64,000 bases of DNA, taken from Candidatus Bathyarchaeota archaeon (GTDB lineage: Archaea; Thermoproteota; CALKCG01; B24). The stretch lies in contig JAGTQM010000005.1 of assembly GCA_018396755.1 (NCBI GenBank), forward strand, positions 23,620 through 87,619, in the 5' to 3' direction. Positions 54,621-63,068 of the stretch are shown here, piece by piece; within the stretch, counting starts at the first letter, position 1, and each line of letters starts with the position of its first letter. Under the pieces are notes generated by a model that saw nothing but the letters and a program-made list of their open reading frames with translations, was not told the origin of the DNA and searched no databases. The position numbers and the translations under genes are program-made.

Positions 54621-55613
54621 ATGGGTTATGCTAAACTAGCCTCCAGACTGCAAGATTACTTAAACTCTATAGAGCTTAAAGAGCTGACGTCGGGCTATGT
54701 TAAAATTGTAGAGTTAAAACTCTATGAGAAGCAGGGGTTAAGTAACACGATATATCTTCTCAAGGTTGAAGCCGATGATGGGTTTACTGGAGAATTCATT
54801 CTCAGAGTCTATCCAGGCAATGGGGGGAAGGCTTTTAAAGAGTTTAAAATTCTAAGCGTATTACATAGTAAAGGTGTACCCGTTCCAAGAGTTTACGGTT
54901 TTGATAAGAGCGGAGAGGTTTTAGGTAAATCCTTCATAGTAATGGAGAAGATTCAACATTCTCCTGTTGCAGACTATTATGAGTTTATCGACGCTGCTGC
55001 TAAATCACTAGTCGGTATTCACAGTATAACTCCAAGCGAGGTTGGAGACGTCTTAAAGATTAAGAAAGACTATCCTACAGGTGATCTGAAGGAGGTTAAA
55101 GCATTAATGATCATATCTATGTTGACTACGCTGGAAAATCCCATGGTTTTCGCAAGGCTTTTCAACCGTGCGAGAAAGCTTGAGGATAGCCGGGTTGAAG
55201 CTAGATTGAGGTTGATCCACGGAGACTACGGCTTCGACAATATGGTTTATAGCAACGGTAAAGCCTATGTGATCGATTGGGAAGGCGCAGAAATAGCTGA
55301 GCCTACCTTCGATGTGGCGTATGCTTTCAACTTCCTGGATTTCGATGATAAAAATTCTGGGAGAACCAGTCAGAAGCTGTCAGAAGCGTTTATAGACTCC
55401 TATGAGAGGCACGGTGGATCTATCGTAGACTTTCAATTCTATAGGAAGTTGGCCGCCTTAAAACTTCTAGCCATATTAGAAGCCGTTTCGCATCCAGGGC
55501 TGATAGCTTTCATAGCTAGAGAATTTAGAAGACGTACTAAAGCTGAAGACGCTAAACGCTTCCTCGAAATCTTCAAGAAGTATCTTAGAAGCATCTTAAG
55601 CAGCGAAGAATAG
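54621..55613 (+). CDS. Aminoglycoside/choline-kinase-like phosphotransferase (APH family)
   Basis: Brenner-type motif LIHGDYGFDNMV and IDWEGAEI. Start placed at ATG 54621 to avoid overlap; the track ORF starts at 54570. Confidence 0.75.
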   Translation: MGYAKLASRLQDYLNSIELKELTSGYVKIVELKLYEKQGLSNTIYLLKVEADDGFTGEFILRVYPGNGGKAFKEFKILSVLHSKGVPVPRVYGFDKSGEVLGKSFIVMEKIQHSPVADYYEFIDAAAKSLVGIHSITPSEVGDVLKIKKDYPTGDLKEVKALMIISMLTTLENPMVFARLFNRARKLEDSRVEARLRLIHGDYGFDNMVYSNGKAYVIDWEGAEIAEPTFDVAYAFNFLDFDDKNSGRTSQKLSEAFIDSYERHGGSIVDFQFYRKLAALKLLAILEAVSHPGLIAFIAREFRRRTKAEDAKRFLEIFKKYLRSILSSEE

Positions 55614-55813
55614 AGGAAAATCTTAAAAGAAAACACCGTACTAAATTTATCGGTGTCCTTCTGGTTGAAAAAACCTATGAAGCAGAACGAATTAAACCGA
55701 CAACCCTCACAATATGTGCGATCATAAGCATAATCCTAGCGTTCGTCATAAGCTTCCAAGGACCTCTACTACCAGCACCATTAGGATGTGCACAAAGCCT
55801 AGGCTCTCCAATT

Positions 55814-57673
55814 ATGATGACTGGTGGAGACTTCCCAGGCTGGCCTATGGTGGCCTTACTGGTGATTATGGCTCTCAATCAAATTCCAAGCATGAGGAAG
55901 TATCTTACGGGTAGAAACCTGGCCTACCTCTTTGTTACACTAGTCTCATGTACGATGGTTGGAGGAGTTGTTGGAGGCAACGATCAAGCCTATCTTCTGA
56001 GTAGGTATGCGATCTCAGAATCCTTTGGCAGATATCTACCTGAATTTGTAACGCTTCCAGCTGAAGCATCTCTACCGCTTATCAACGGGGTTGGAGACTT
56101 AGGACTACTACCATGGAACGCTATATTCCCAGCGATTATGTGGCGCTTCTTAATGTTTGGAATATTCTCATGCATCACCATAGGTATGGCCAATATCTTC
56201 CGCCGCGAGTGGATTGAAATCGAGAAAATACCCTTCCCCTACACCCTAGTATATCACACGTGTTTAGTCAACGTGGAAAATATAAGGAGGAGAGAATGGC
56301 CTACGAGAACAACATTCCTCATAGGTCTTCTCGTAGGCTTCATACTCTGCCTACCCATAGGTGCAACGTACATGTTTCCATGGTTTCCAGACATATACTC
56401 ATGGAAGGTTAACACCTGCGGCCCTGGTTCGCATTGGTTTGCACCGCCGGGAGTACCGTGGCACTTAGGCATAAATAAGCATCCGACCTTCTGGGCTTTC
56501 ATGCTTATAATACCGATACACTACCTCTTCAGCACCCTATTTTACCTGCTGATTTTTGAAATAGCAATATTTGCCTCCTATGCGGCTGGATACTATACGG
56601 AGATGACGCAGTACGACTTCTGCGGAAGAAACTGGTGTGCTCCAAGCCCCTACGTTAGCCCACCCATTCAGATTTCAGTCGTCAGTACAGGCGCTATGAT
56701 TGGAATATTCATCTCTATGCTTATCTACGAGAGACGCTATATAGCTGAAACCTTGAGTGCTGCATTTGGAAGACTCCGCGGAAGCGAAGTTGAAAGTAGA
56801 GAGCCTATATCTTATAGAAGCTCTTGGATAGTGGTCATCGCGTCTTTCATACTTATGATGGTCTTCTTCGTGTACACAGGATTAAGCCCATGGCTGTCCT
56901 TCGTAGTCCCATTCGCAGGAGTCGTAACCTGGATGGTTACTGGAATGGTTTGGGGAAGGATTGGATTCGCCTACGAGCCGTGCTACGACCTCACACCAGC
57001 TATGATAAGGGTAATGGCTTGGCCGACTCAACTCCTACCTGAAGTAAACTCTGTAGATTATGCCCTTGTCCCTCTGCTGAGCAGAGAGCATATTGGACAT
57101 TATGCGTCCGCGGGTTTCGGTTCGGCATTCTACGCGTCAGTTCTATCCTATAAAATGGCCGACCTCGCTAGGATAAACACTAAAGACGCTTTTAAGCTGA
57201 TAATCGTCTCGCTTTTTCCAGCTCTATTCATTTACCTGCTCTGCAAAATAGCCTTACTTCCAGGACTCTATGGAGCTAGGAGAATTGGATACGAGATTCG
57301 AGACTTCCAAGGAGATATTCAGTGGAACTTCTGGTATAGACCTGTTGATATACCGATTTCAGAAGCCACTATACATCTACTCATAGGTTTCCTCATAGTA
57401 ATAGTAGGGCGATACTTATATACAAAGCTTCTATGGTTCCCAGACCCCATAGTTGCACCCGTCTCATGGGCTTGGGGCGTCTCCCTATGGGGAGCCTGGG
57501 TTCCAATACTAGTAGCGCTAATAGTTAAGAACCTCGTTCTTAGAATAGGCGGAAGCAAACTGTACGAGGAGAAGGTCGTACCATTCGCATCAGGAGTAAT
57601 ACTGGGAGAAGTCTTACAAGTCTTAACACTCAGCGTATTAGCATGGATAATACTACCACGACCAATAATATAA
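55814..57673 (+). CDS. Large polytopic membrane protein, unknown function (N-terminus uncertain)
   Basis: 619 aa with more than 12 predicted helices. The frame is open upstream to 55589 and encodes an extra TM-like stretch (TLTICAIISIILAFVISF) with no ATG/GTG/TTG in frame. ATG 55677 lies in another frame. Confidence 0.6.
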   Translation: MMTGGDFPGWPMVALLVIMALNQIPSMRKYLTGRNLAYLFVTLVSCTMVGGVVGGNDQAYLLSRYAISESFGRYLPEFVTLPAEASLPLINGVGDLGLLPWNAIFPAIMWRFLMFGIFSCITIGMANIFRREWIEIEKIPFPYTLVYHTCLVNVENIRRREWPTRTTFLIGLLVGFILCLPIGATYMFPWFPDIYSWKVNTCGPGSHWFAPPGVPWHLGINKHPTFWAFMLIIPIHYLFSTLFYLLIFEIAIFASYAAGYYTEMTQYDFCGRNWCAPSPYVSPPIQISVVSTGAMIGIFISMLIYERRYIAETLSAAFGRLRGSEVESREPISYRSSWIVVIASFILMMVFFVYTGLSPWLSFVVPFAGVVTWMVTGMVWGRIGFAYEPCYDLTPAMIRVMAWPTQLLPEVNSVDYALVPLLSREHIGHYASAGFGSAFYASVLSYKMADLARINTKDAFKLIIVSLFPALFIYLLCKIALLPGLYGARRIGYEIRDFQGDIQWNFWYRPVDIPISEATIHLLIGFLIVIVGRYLYTKLLWFPDPIVAPVSWAWGVSLWGAWVPILVALIVKNLVLRIGGSKLYEEKVVPFASGVILGEVLQVLTLSVLAWIILPRPII

Positions 57674-57758
57674 CATTATACGGTTAATCAGATAATTCCC
57701 CATTTTTTCTCCACAAACTAAACCTTAATTAACCCCCTTAGAATTCATTCTAAACTGA

Positions 57759-57850
57759 AGCCCGGTGGTGTAGCGGCCAAGCATGGCGGGCTCTGGATCC
57801 GACTCCCGAGGGGAACCCCGCCGACGGGAGTTCGAATCTCCCCCGGGCTA
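57759..57850 (+). tRNA. tRNA-Gln (CTG) with a 19-nt intron at the canonical 37/38 position (57797..57815)
   Basis: A1:U72 acceptor agcccgg/ccgggct, D arm gtgt/gcat, anticodon stem gcggg/cccgc, exon loop ctCTGg..c, T arm gggag-ttcgaat-ctccc. The BHB is weaker than in the other introns (central helix ctct/gggg via G-U pairs, 3' bulge aa|c). Confidence 0.85.
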
Positions 57851-58069
57851 CTAAACCATGATTTCCATGAATCCCCAGGGCATATCCTACTTCCTCCTGA
57901 AAAGCTTTGCTCTATCTATGTCGCAGACGTACTTGAATCCAGATTCCACCAGCTTCATAGCCTCCTCCATGTTTCTAGCAGCTCTACAGATGAACTCGTC
58001 TCTCGGTGAAACGTCGATGCTCATGAGGTTACACTTAGCTCCTTCAGTTTCAATTCCCTTAATCTTCGT

Positions 58070-58495
58070 TTAAGATCCACAATATTCTTCGAACTCCTGC
58101 TCTTGACATATGGTCCGTACTTTCTCTTCAAGCCAACTCTCCTCCTTCCACTTTTTTAACCCGGCCTCTATTTCGCGTAAAGCTTCGCCAACTGGGCACT
58201 CAATACATCTGATCTTTATGCGTTTGAAGCTTCTCCCAATACCATATTTTCTCAGACATTTAGAGCAGAAGCGTTTAACGAGGATTTTCGAAACTTCTCT
58301 ATACTTCCTCCACCTAATTTCCATGATATTTCTATGGATTTTCAACCTACCCCCTCCCCCTCTACTACAGGCGTCTTTGAACTCACAGTACTTGCACTCC
58401 CAAGAGGATTCAGAAATCGGAGGACTGTTAGAGCTGAGGCACTCCTCTACGACATTAGCCATGCATCTTCCATGAACGGTGATAAGTTTATTCAT
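58070..58495 (-). CDS. Cys-rich hypothetical protein (Cas4/RecB-like C-terminal Cys motif plus a zinc ribbon)
   Basis: 141 aa with WECKYCEFKDAC near the N-terminus and CSKC...CIEC later. I recognise no complete nuclease core. Confidence 0.45.
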   Translation of the reverse strand: MNKLITVHGRCMANVVEECLSSNSPPISESSWECKYCEFKDACSRGGGGRLKIHRNIMEIRWRKYREVSKILVKRFCSKCLRKYGIGRSFKRIKIRCIECPVGEALREIEAGLKKWKEESWLEEKVRTICQEQEFEEYCGS

Positions 58496-58585
58496 CTATA
58501 ATGGACCTGTGCAATATTTACGACGGCAATGATGAAAAACAAGTACTTTTAAACTTCTACTCAACTTTTTCCTTATAGTGAGAGA

Positions 58586-60271
58586 GTGAGGTTTAAACTT
58601 GGTTTTACTCTAGTCATCTGTTTTACGTTGCTTTTATCTTCATTATCGGTGCAGTGTATTGCTTGGAGTAATGGCGGCTTCAGTTCTGATCTGCAACATC
58701 CAAAGTATGGGACTCATGATTGGATTGCAGAACACGCACTTGACTGGCTTCAACCTGATGAGAAGCAGTTTATTCTTAATAATCTCGCATGGCTCCTTTA
58801 TGGTACTGAATTGCCTGATAATCCCAGTCCCCCATATGGGATTGGAGATACGTTTAAACACCACGTATACTATCATGCAGACGGCTCTCTGCAGGATGAT
58901 GCATCTGCTGTTAGAGCTCAGGAAGAGTACATGATGGCTCTTGTTTATGCTAAGGCTGGCGACTGGGCTAATGCTTCTATGAGGCTAGGTGCTATGACAC
59001 ATTACATATCTGACGCTGCGGTTTTCAGCCACTTAATGGGTTCAAATACAGACTGGGGTAGTGAACAGCATCACAGTGATTACGAGACCTACGTTAACGG
59101 TAGAACAAACAGCTACTATGATGATTTTAACGTATACTTAAAATTTGACGGTGCTTTAGAAACAATTTCAGCTTACAATGCTACTCTCCTCCTAGCCTAC
59201 GATACTACGTTTGATATGGATGGAGATTTAACGTGTATATGGATGGATGAAAACTACAACTGGAGCAATCCGATGTTCGTGAATAGGGTTGGAGAATCGT
59301 TAAACCTCGCTGTAAACTTGATAACAGACGTCTTGCATACATTTTACTTGGAATATTCCTCTTCCATGGATACGGCTACCGTAACGTTTTCCGCAATTGG
59401 GCTGAATTCAGATGCATCGGAGACCATTCTAACAGTCGATGGAATAGACTATGCGTACAGCCAACTCCCATTAAACATCACCCGTGCTGTCGGCTCCAGC
59501 ATCAGCTTCTCATGGATAGATCCCATAGGTGCCGGGTACGGTAAAAGATACGTTTGGATTTCATCAAGCGGTTTATCGGATATGAGAAATGGAACTATAA
59601 CGGTTCCAGTTGAAGGCGGATCCATAGTAGCTATCTACAAGACACAGTATCAGCTTCAACTGCAAGTTGACCCAGCCGATGCTGGAACTCTAAATCCTCC
59701 TGAAGGCTTACACTGGTATATTGAAGGAGAAGTTGTAACGATATCTGCATCCCCCTCTCCAGGCTATACATTCGATGGCTGGGTTGGCTCATACTCCGAC
59801 GTAGTAAATCCGATCACGATAACGGTTAAACAGCCTACAGTGGAAACCGCGGTTTTCACCAGGCTTTTCAGAGTCACTATTTCAATCTCACCAAGCAGTA
59901 GCTTAACGGTATCTGGAAGCAACAGATTAGCAACTATTACGGTGACGCTAGTGGAGGGTTCGGCCGGAACGGTTTTCCTATCAACATTGGAAACGCCCAG
60001 TGGGTTTTCAGTATCCTTTAACCCAAGCTTCGGAGTTCCTACATTTACAAGCACTATGACAGTAACAGTTTCCCCGTCAACGCCAACTGGAATCTATAAG
60101 ATAGCTGTAATTGGAAGTAGCGGTGATTTAGCGGAGAAAGTTATATACACGTTAATCGTCATACAACCCGAGCTGCTTTTAATACTATTCGGAGGGCTAA
60201 TGCTTATAGTTGTCACAGCTATCATAAGATCGGCAGCCTCAACTAAACGGCGGAAACGTAAACGTAGCTAA
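58586..60271 (+). CDS. Secreted, C-terminally anchored protein with an N-terminal zinc-dependent phospholipase C-like domain and repeat domains
   Basis: A signal peptide is followed by WSNGG...GTHDWIAEHAL (N-terminal Trp plus His ligands as in Zn-PLC/P1 nuclease folds). Further features are the PGYTFDGWVGSY repeat, an S/T-rich stalk, a C-terminal TM helix and a KRRKRKRS tail. Confidence 0.6.
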   Translation: MRFKLGFTLVICFTLLLSSLSVQCIAWSNGGFSSDLQHPKYGTHDWIAEHALDWLQPDEKQFILNNLAWLLYGTELPDNPSPPYGIGDTFKHHVYYHADGSLQDDASAVRAQEEYMMALVYAKAGDWANASMRLGAMTHYISDAAVFSHLMGSNTDWGSEQHHSDYETYVNGRTNSYYDDFNVYLKFDGALETISAYNATLLLAYDTTFDMDGDLTCIWMDENYNWSNPMFVNRVGESLNLAVNLITDVLHTFYLEYSSSMDTATVTFSAIGLNSDASETILTVDGIDYAYSQLPLNITRAVGSSISFSWIDPIGAGYGKRYVWISSSGLSDMRNGTITVPVEGGSIVAIYKTQYQLQLQVDPADAGTLNPPEGLHWYIEGEVVTISASPSPGYTFDGWVGSYSDVVNPITITVKQPTVETAVFTRLFRVTISISPSSSLTVSGSNRLATITVTLVEGSAGTVFLSTLETPSGFSVSFNPSFGVPTFTSTMTVTVSPSTPTGIYKIAVIGSSGDLAEKVIYTLIVIQPELLLILFGGLMLIVVTAIIRSAASTKRRKRKRS

Positions 60272-60349
60272 CAACCTCAATACATTGAAAGAAAATGTTG
60301 AGCAGAAAGCCTAAACCCTTAAATCTCTAAAATTCTCATTTAAAATCGA

Positions 60350-60452
60350 GGGCCGGTAGCTTAGCATGGTTATAGCACCCGGCTGATAAAACCAGAGAAC
60401 AAACGCGATTTCAGAAACCGGGAGGTCGCCGGTTCAAATCCGGCCCGGCCCA
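60350..60452 (+). tRNA. tRNA-Ile (GAT) with a 28-nt intron at the canonical 37/38 position (60389..60416)
   Basis: Acceptor gggccgg/ccggccc, anticodon stem cccgg/ccggg, T arm gccgg-ttcaaat-ccggc. Textbook BHB: central helix ctga(60383-86)/tcag(60411-14), bulges ta|a and aa|a. Confidence 0.85.
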
Positions 60453-61071
60453 CCTTTTCTTAGGAAAACCCGGGGGTTTTCAAGGTTTATTTCAGTTTTC
60501 TTCCCTTTAAAGCGTTTTTACGCAGTCTTTTAGTGCGTTTTCGCTCGGATCATACTCTTTCATGTTGAGTTGGTATAAGGACGCAGGGCTTAAAATCTAT
60601 AATCGCAGCCAATAGCCGGATGAGAAATTCTGTTGTGTAGGCCTTCATGGGTTTGAATTCCACCATTCACATTACAAGAGATTGTTGGAAAGTTAAAATA
60701 CCGTCAATCCATATGATCTGGGGTATTCTACCTTCTCTGTCGTTGGGTCTACTCTTATCTCTAAGCTTTCAAATGTTAAAACTCCGAGTAAGGGCTCAGG
60801 CAGATCCATTGTGGCGATGTTGAATACTTCTTCCCCCTTCCAGAATCTTGATATAAGCCAATGAGCTGGAGAAGAGCACAAACCACGGATAAATCAGACA
60901 GTGTATAAGGTGAAAAAGTTAAACCTGAAGTTGTTGGCTCCCTCGCAGCGTATTGGATGGCGAGGTATTTATATGGTAGCTGACTCAATGTCGAAGGTCT
61001 TCGTCTGGTCTGGAATAGTTTGGAAATCTATATGTGTTTTAAATTCAGCAGTTTACAATGAATGCGTAAAT

Positions 61072-62013
61072 TTAACCTGCATTTTTAAACTTATTCTTCA
61101 ATCCGGCTGCTACTGTTAAAGCTTTTTCCAGGTTTCCATTGGCTTCTTCTAAAGACTTCTTAGCTAATTCGTATCTTATGCCTGTTTTAAGCATGATTAT
61201 TGACGCTTTAACATCGTAGTTTGTATCTTCTAAGACTCTCGAAGCCTCTTCGTAGTTGACGCTTGCTTCAACCATTACTATGCGTTTGGCTCTTTCTCTT
61301 AGCTTAAAACTGATCGGTTTAAGGCTTACCATGAGGTTGCTGTAAACCATTCCAAGTTTAACCATAACAGTCGTACTGAGCATTGTGAGAACAATCTTCT
61401 GAGCTGTACCGGCCTTCATACGTGTAGAGCCTGCTATCACCTCAGGTCCGACGACAGTACATATGACGATGTCAGCATGTTTTGAAATCTTAGCGTCCGG
61501 GTTTACGGTAATAGCTACGGTGGTTGCCCCTCTACTCTTAGCTTCTTTTAAAGCGCCGATCACGTATGGAGTACGTCCACTGGCTGAAATACCTATAACA
61601 GTATCGACCTTGCTTACTCTACGTTTAGCAATGGCTTTGGCGCCGTTTTCTTCCCTGTCTTCAGCCGCCTCAGATGGACCGTATACGGCTTTTAAGCCTC
61701 CGGCGAGGATAGCCATAACTCTTCTAGGATCTATGTTGAAAGTTGACAGTAGCTCCGCTCTATCTATGACGGCTAGTCTACCGCTTGTTCCAGCACCTAC
61801 GTAGAAAACGCGTCCTCTGTCCTTTAAACTGCGTAGGCAGGCTTCTACAGCCTTAGCGATGTTCGGTATTTCCTTCTCAACAGCGTAAGCCACCTTCTTA
61901 TCCTCGTCGTTTATCAGTCTGAGTATGTCTTCTATGTCAAGCTTGTCTAACTCGACGGATCTAACGTTTCTCTGCTCAGATATAAGTCTATCAAGCTCTT
62001 CCACATCATCCAT
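61072..62013 (-). CDS. murQ: N-acetylmuramic acid 6-phosphate etherase
   Basis: SIS-domain enzyme with VGAGTSGRLAVIDRAEL, ISASGRTPYV and GSTRMKAGTAQK motifs. It overlaps the upstream kinase gene by 8 nt. Confidence 0.9.
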   Translation of the reverse strand: MDDVEELDRLISEQRNVRSVELDKLDIEDILRLINDEDKKVAYAVEKEIPNIAKAVEACLRSLKDRGRVFYVGAGTSGRLAVIDRAELLSTFNIDPRRVMAILAGGLKAVYGPSEAAEDREENGAKAIAKRRVSKVDTVIGISASGRTPYVIGALKEAKSRGATTVAITVNPDAKISKHADIVICTVVGPEVIAGSTRMKAGTAQKIVLTMLSTTVMVKLGMVYSNLMVSLKPISFKLRERAKRIVMVEASVNYEEASRVLEDTNYDVKASIIMLKTGIRYELAKKSLEEANGNLEKALTVAAGLKNKFKNAG

Positions 62014-63007
62014 GGAGAAAAACAGCCCTCCTCACGTAGGCTTCTCTAGACGCGGACTCAGAGAGGTTATGTATCAAACGGCGATTTAGTGGTCTTCCAG
62101 CGTTTCTATAGGCTAAAAGCAGTGCACCGAATACTGATTTGAACTTGGATTTAGACCTCCTGATACATGGTATCCTCTTCTTTAAAATGCGGAAGAATAG
62201 TCTAGTAAAGTCAGCATCACCTTCGAAAACACCTCCTCGGACACCGACTAATGGTCTCTCCACTTTCATTCTACTTATGACTGTTGAGGCTGCATGGACA
62301 AGTTCTGAACAAGACCTACGTATAATAGTTGATGCAATGCTGTCTCCATTTTTCCAAAGCATCACCACCAATGGAGCTAAAGACGCTATCTCCACAACCC
62401 CTATCTTCCTCAGCGATATGAGGTCTACGACATCTACGAGGGAATTTACGTTAAAATGTTTCGGTATGTGTTCCACTAGATCCGTTTTCTCCCCTCTTCC
62501 GTCATAAGCCATAAGCGCATATCTTAGAGCTTCTCTACCTATGTAGAAGGCGCTCCCCTCATCGTCGATTAAGTAGCCCCAGCCGCTCACTCTATGGTAG
62601 ACGCCGTCTTCATCTAAGCCTAAAACTATAGAACCCGTACCCGATACTACGACGACACCGGGTCTTCCTAGAGTCGTAGCCGTAAACGCCGCTATGGCGT
62701 CGCCATCCACGTAGACCTTGTTTGAAATCCCCATTTTCTCAAGGTTTTGTCTTATCAGTCTTCTTCTACGCTCACTACCGCCTCCAGCGGTCGCTATGAA
62801 AATTGTATCGATTTGCTCAATGTTCATTCCAGCCGCTTTAACAGCGGCGTCTAAAGCCTCCTTAACGTTGCTGAACATGGTTTTAATACCTACTACGGAT
62901 ATGTTAGAAGGTTTAGAATGTCCTAAGCCGACGACCTGACCGTTTTCATCCGCTATTAAACATGATGTTTTCGTAGCTCCCCCATCAATACCGCAGAAAA
63001 ATCTCAT
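62006..63007 (-). CDS. BadF/BadG/BcrA/BcrD-type ATPase (N-acetylglucosamine / MurNAc kinase-like)
   Basis: FCGIDGGATKT phosphate-1 motif, VVVSGTGS, and GWGYLIDDEGSAFYIG. Start placed at Met 63007; the track ORF starts at 63076. Confidence 0.75.
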   Translation of the reverse strand: MRFFCGIDGGATKTSCLIADENGQVVGLGHSKPSNISVVGIKTMFSNVKEALDAAVKAAGMNIEQIDTIFIATAGGGSERRRRLIRQNLEKMGISNKVYVDGDAIAAFTATTLGRPGVVVVSGTGSIVLGLDEDGVYHRVSGWGYLIDDEGSAFYIGREALRYALMAYDGRGEKTDLVEHIPKHFNVNSLVDVVDLISLRKIGVVEIASLAPLVVMLWKNGDSIASTIIRRSCSELVHAASTVISRMKVERPLVGVRGGVFEGDADFTRLFFRILKKRIPCIRRSKSKFKSVFGALLLAYRNAGRPLNRRLIHNLSESASREAYVRRAVFLHG

Positions 63008-63068
63008 GTTCTGAAAAACTATAATAGATAACACCCTGTTATATTTATTCGTGTCATCTAAACTTAAA

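Noticed and set aside
55686-55700. Programmed -1 frameshift joining ATG 55677 to the membrane-protein frame.
   Set aside because: There is no X XXY YYZ slippery heptamer in gaattaaaccga and no evident downstream pseudoknot. An indel or a later start is the simpler explanation.
58533-58585. AUGAUGA C-box-like motif upstream of the secreted PLC-like gene.
   Set aside because: No CUGA D box occurs within 70 nt, so it is not supportable as an sRNA.
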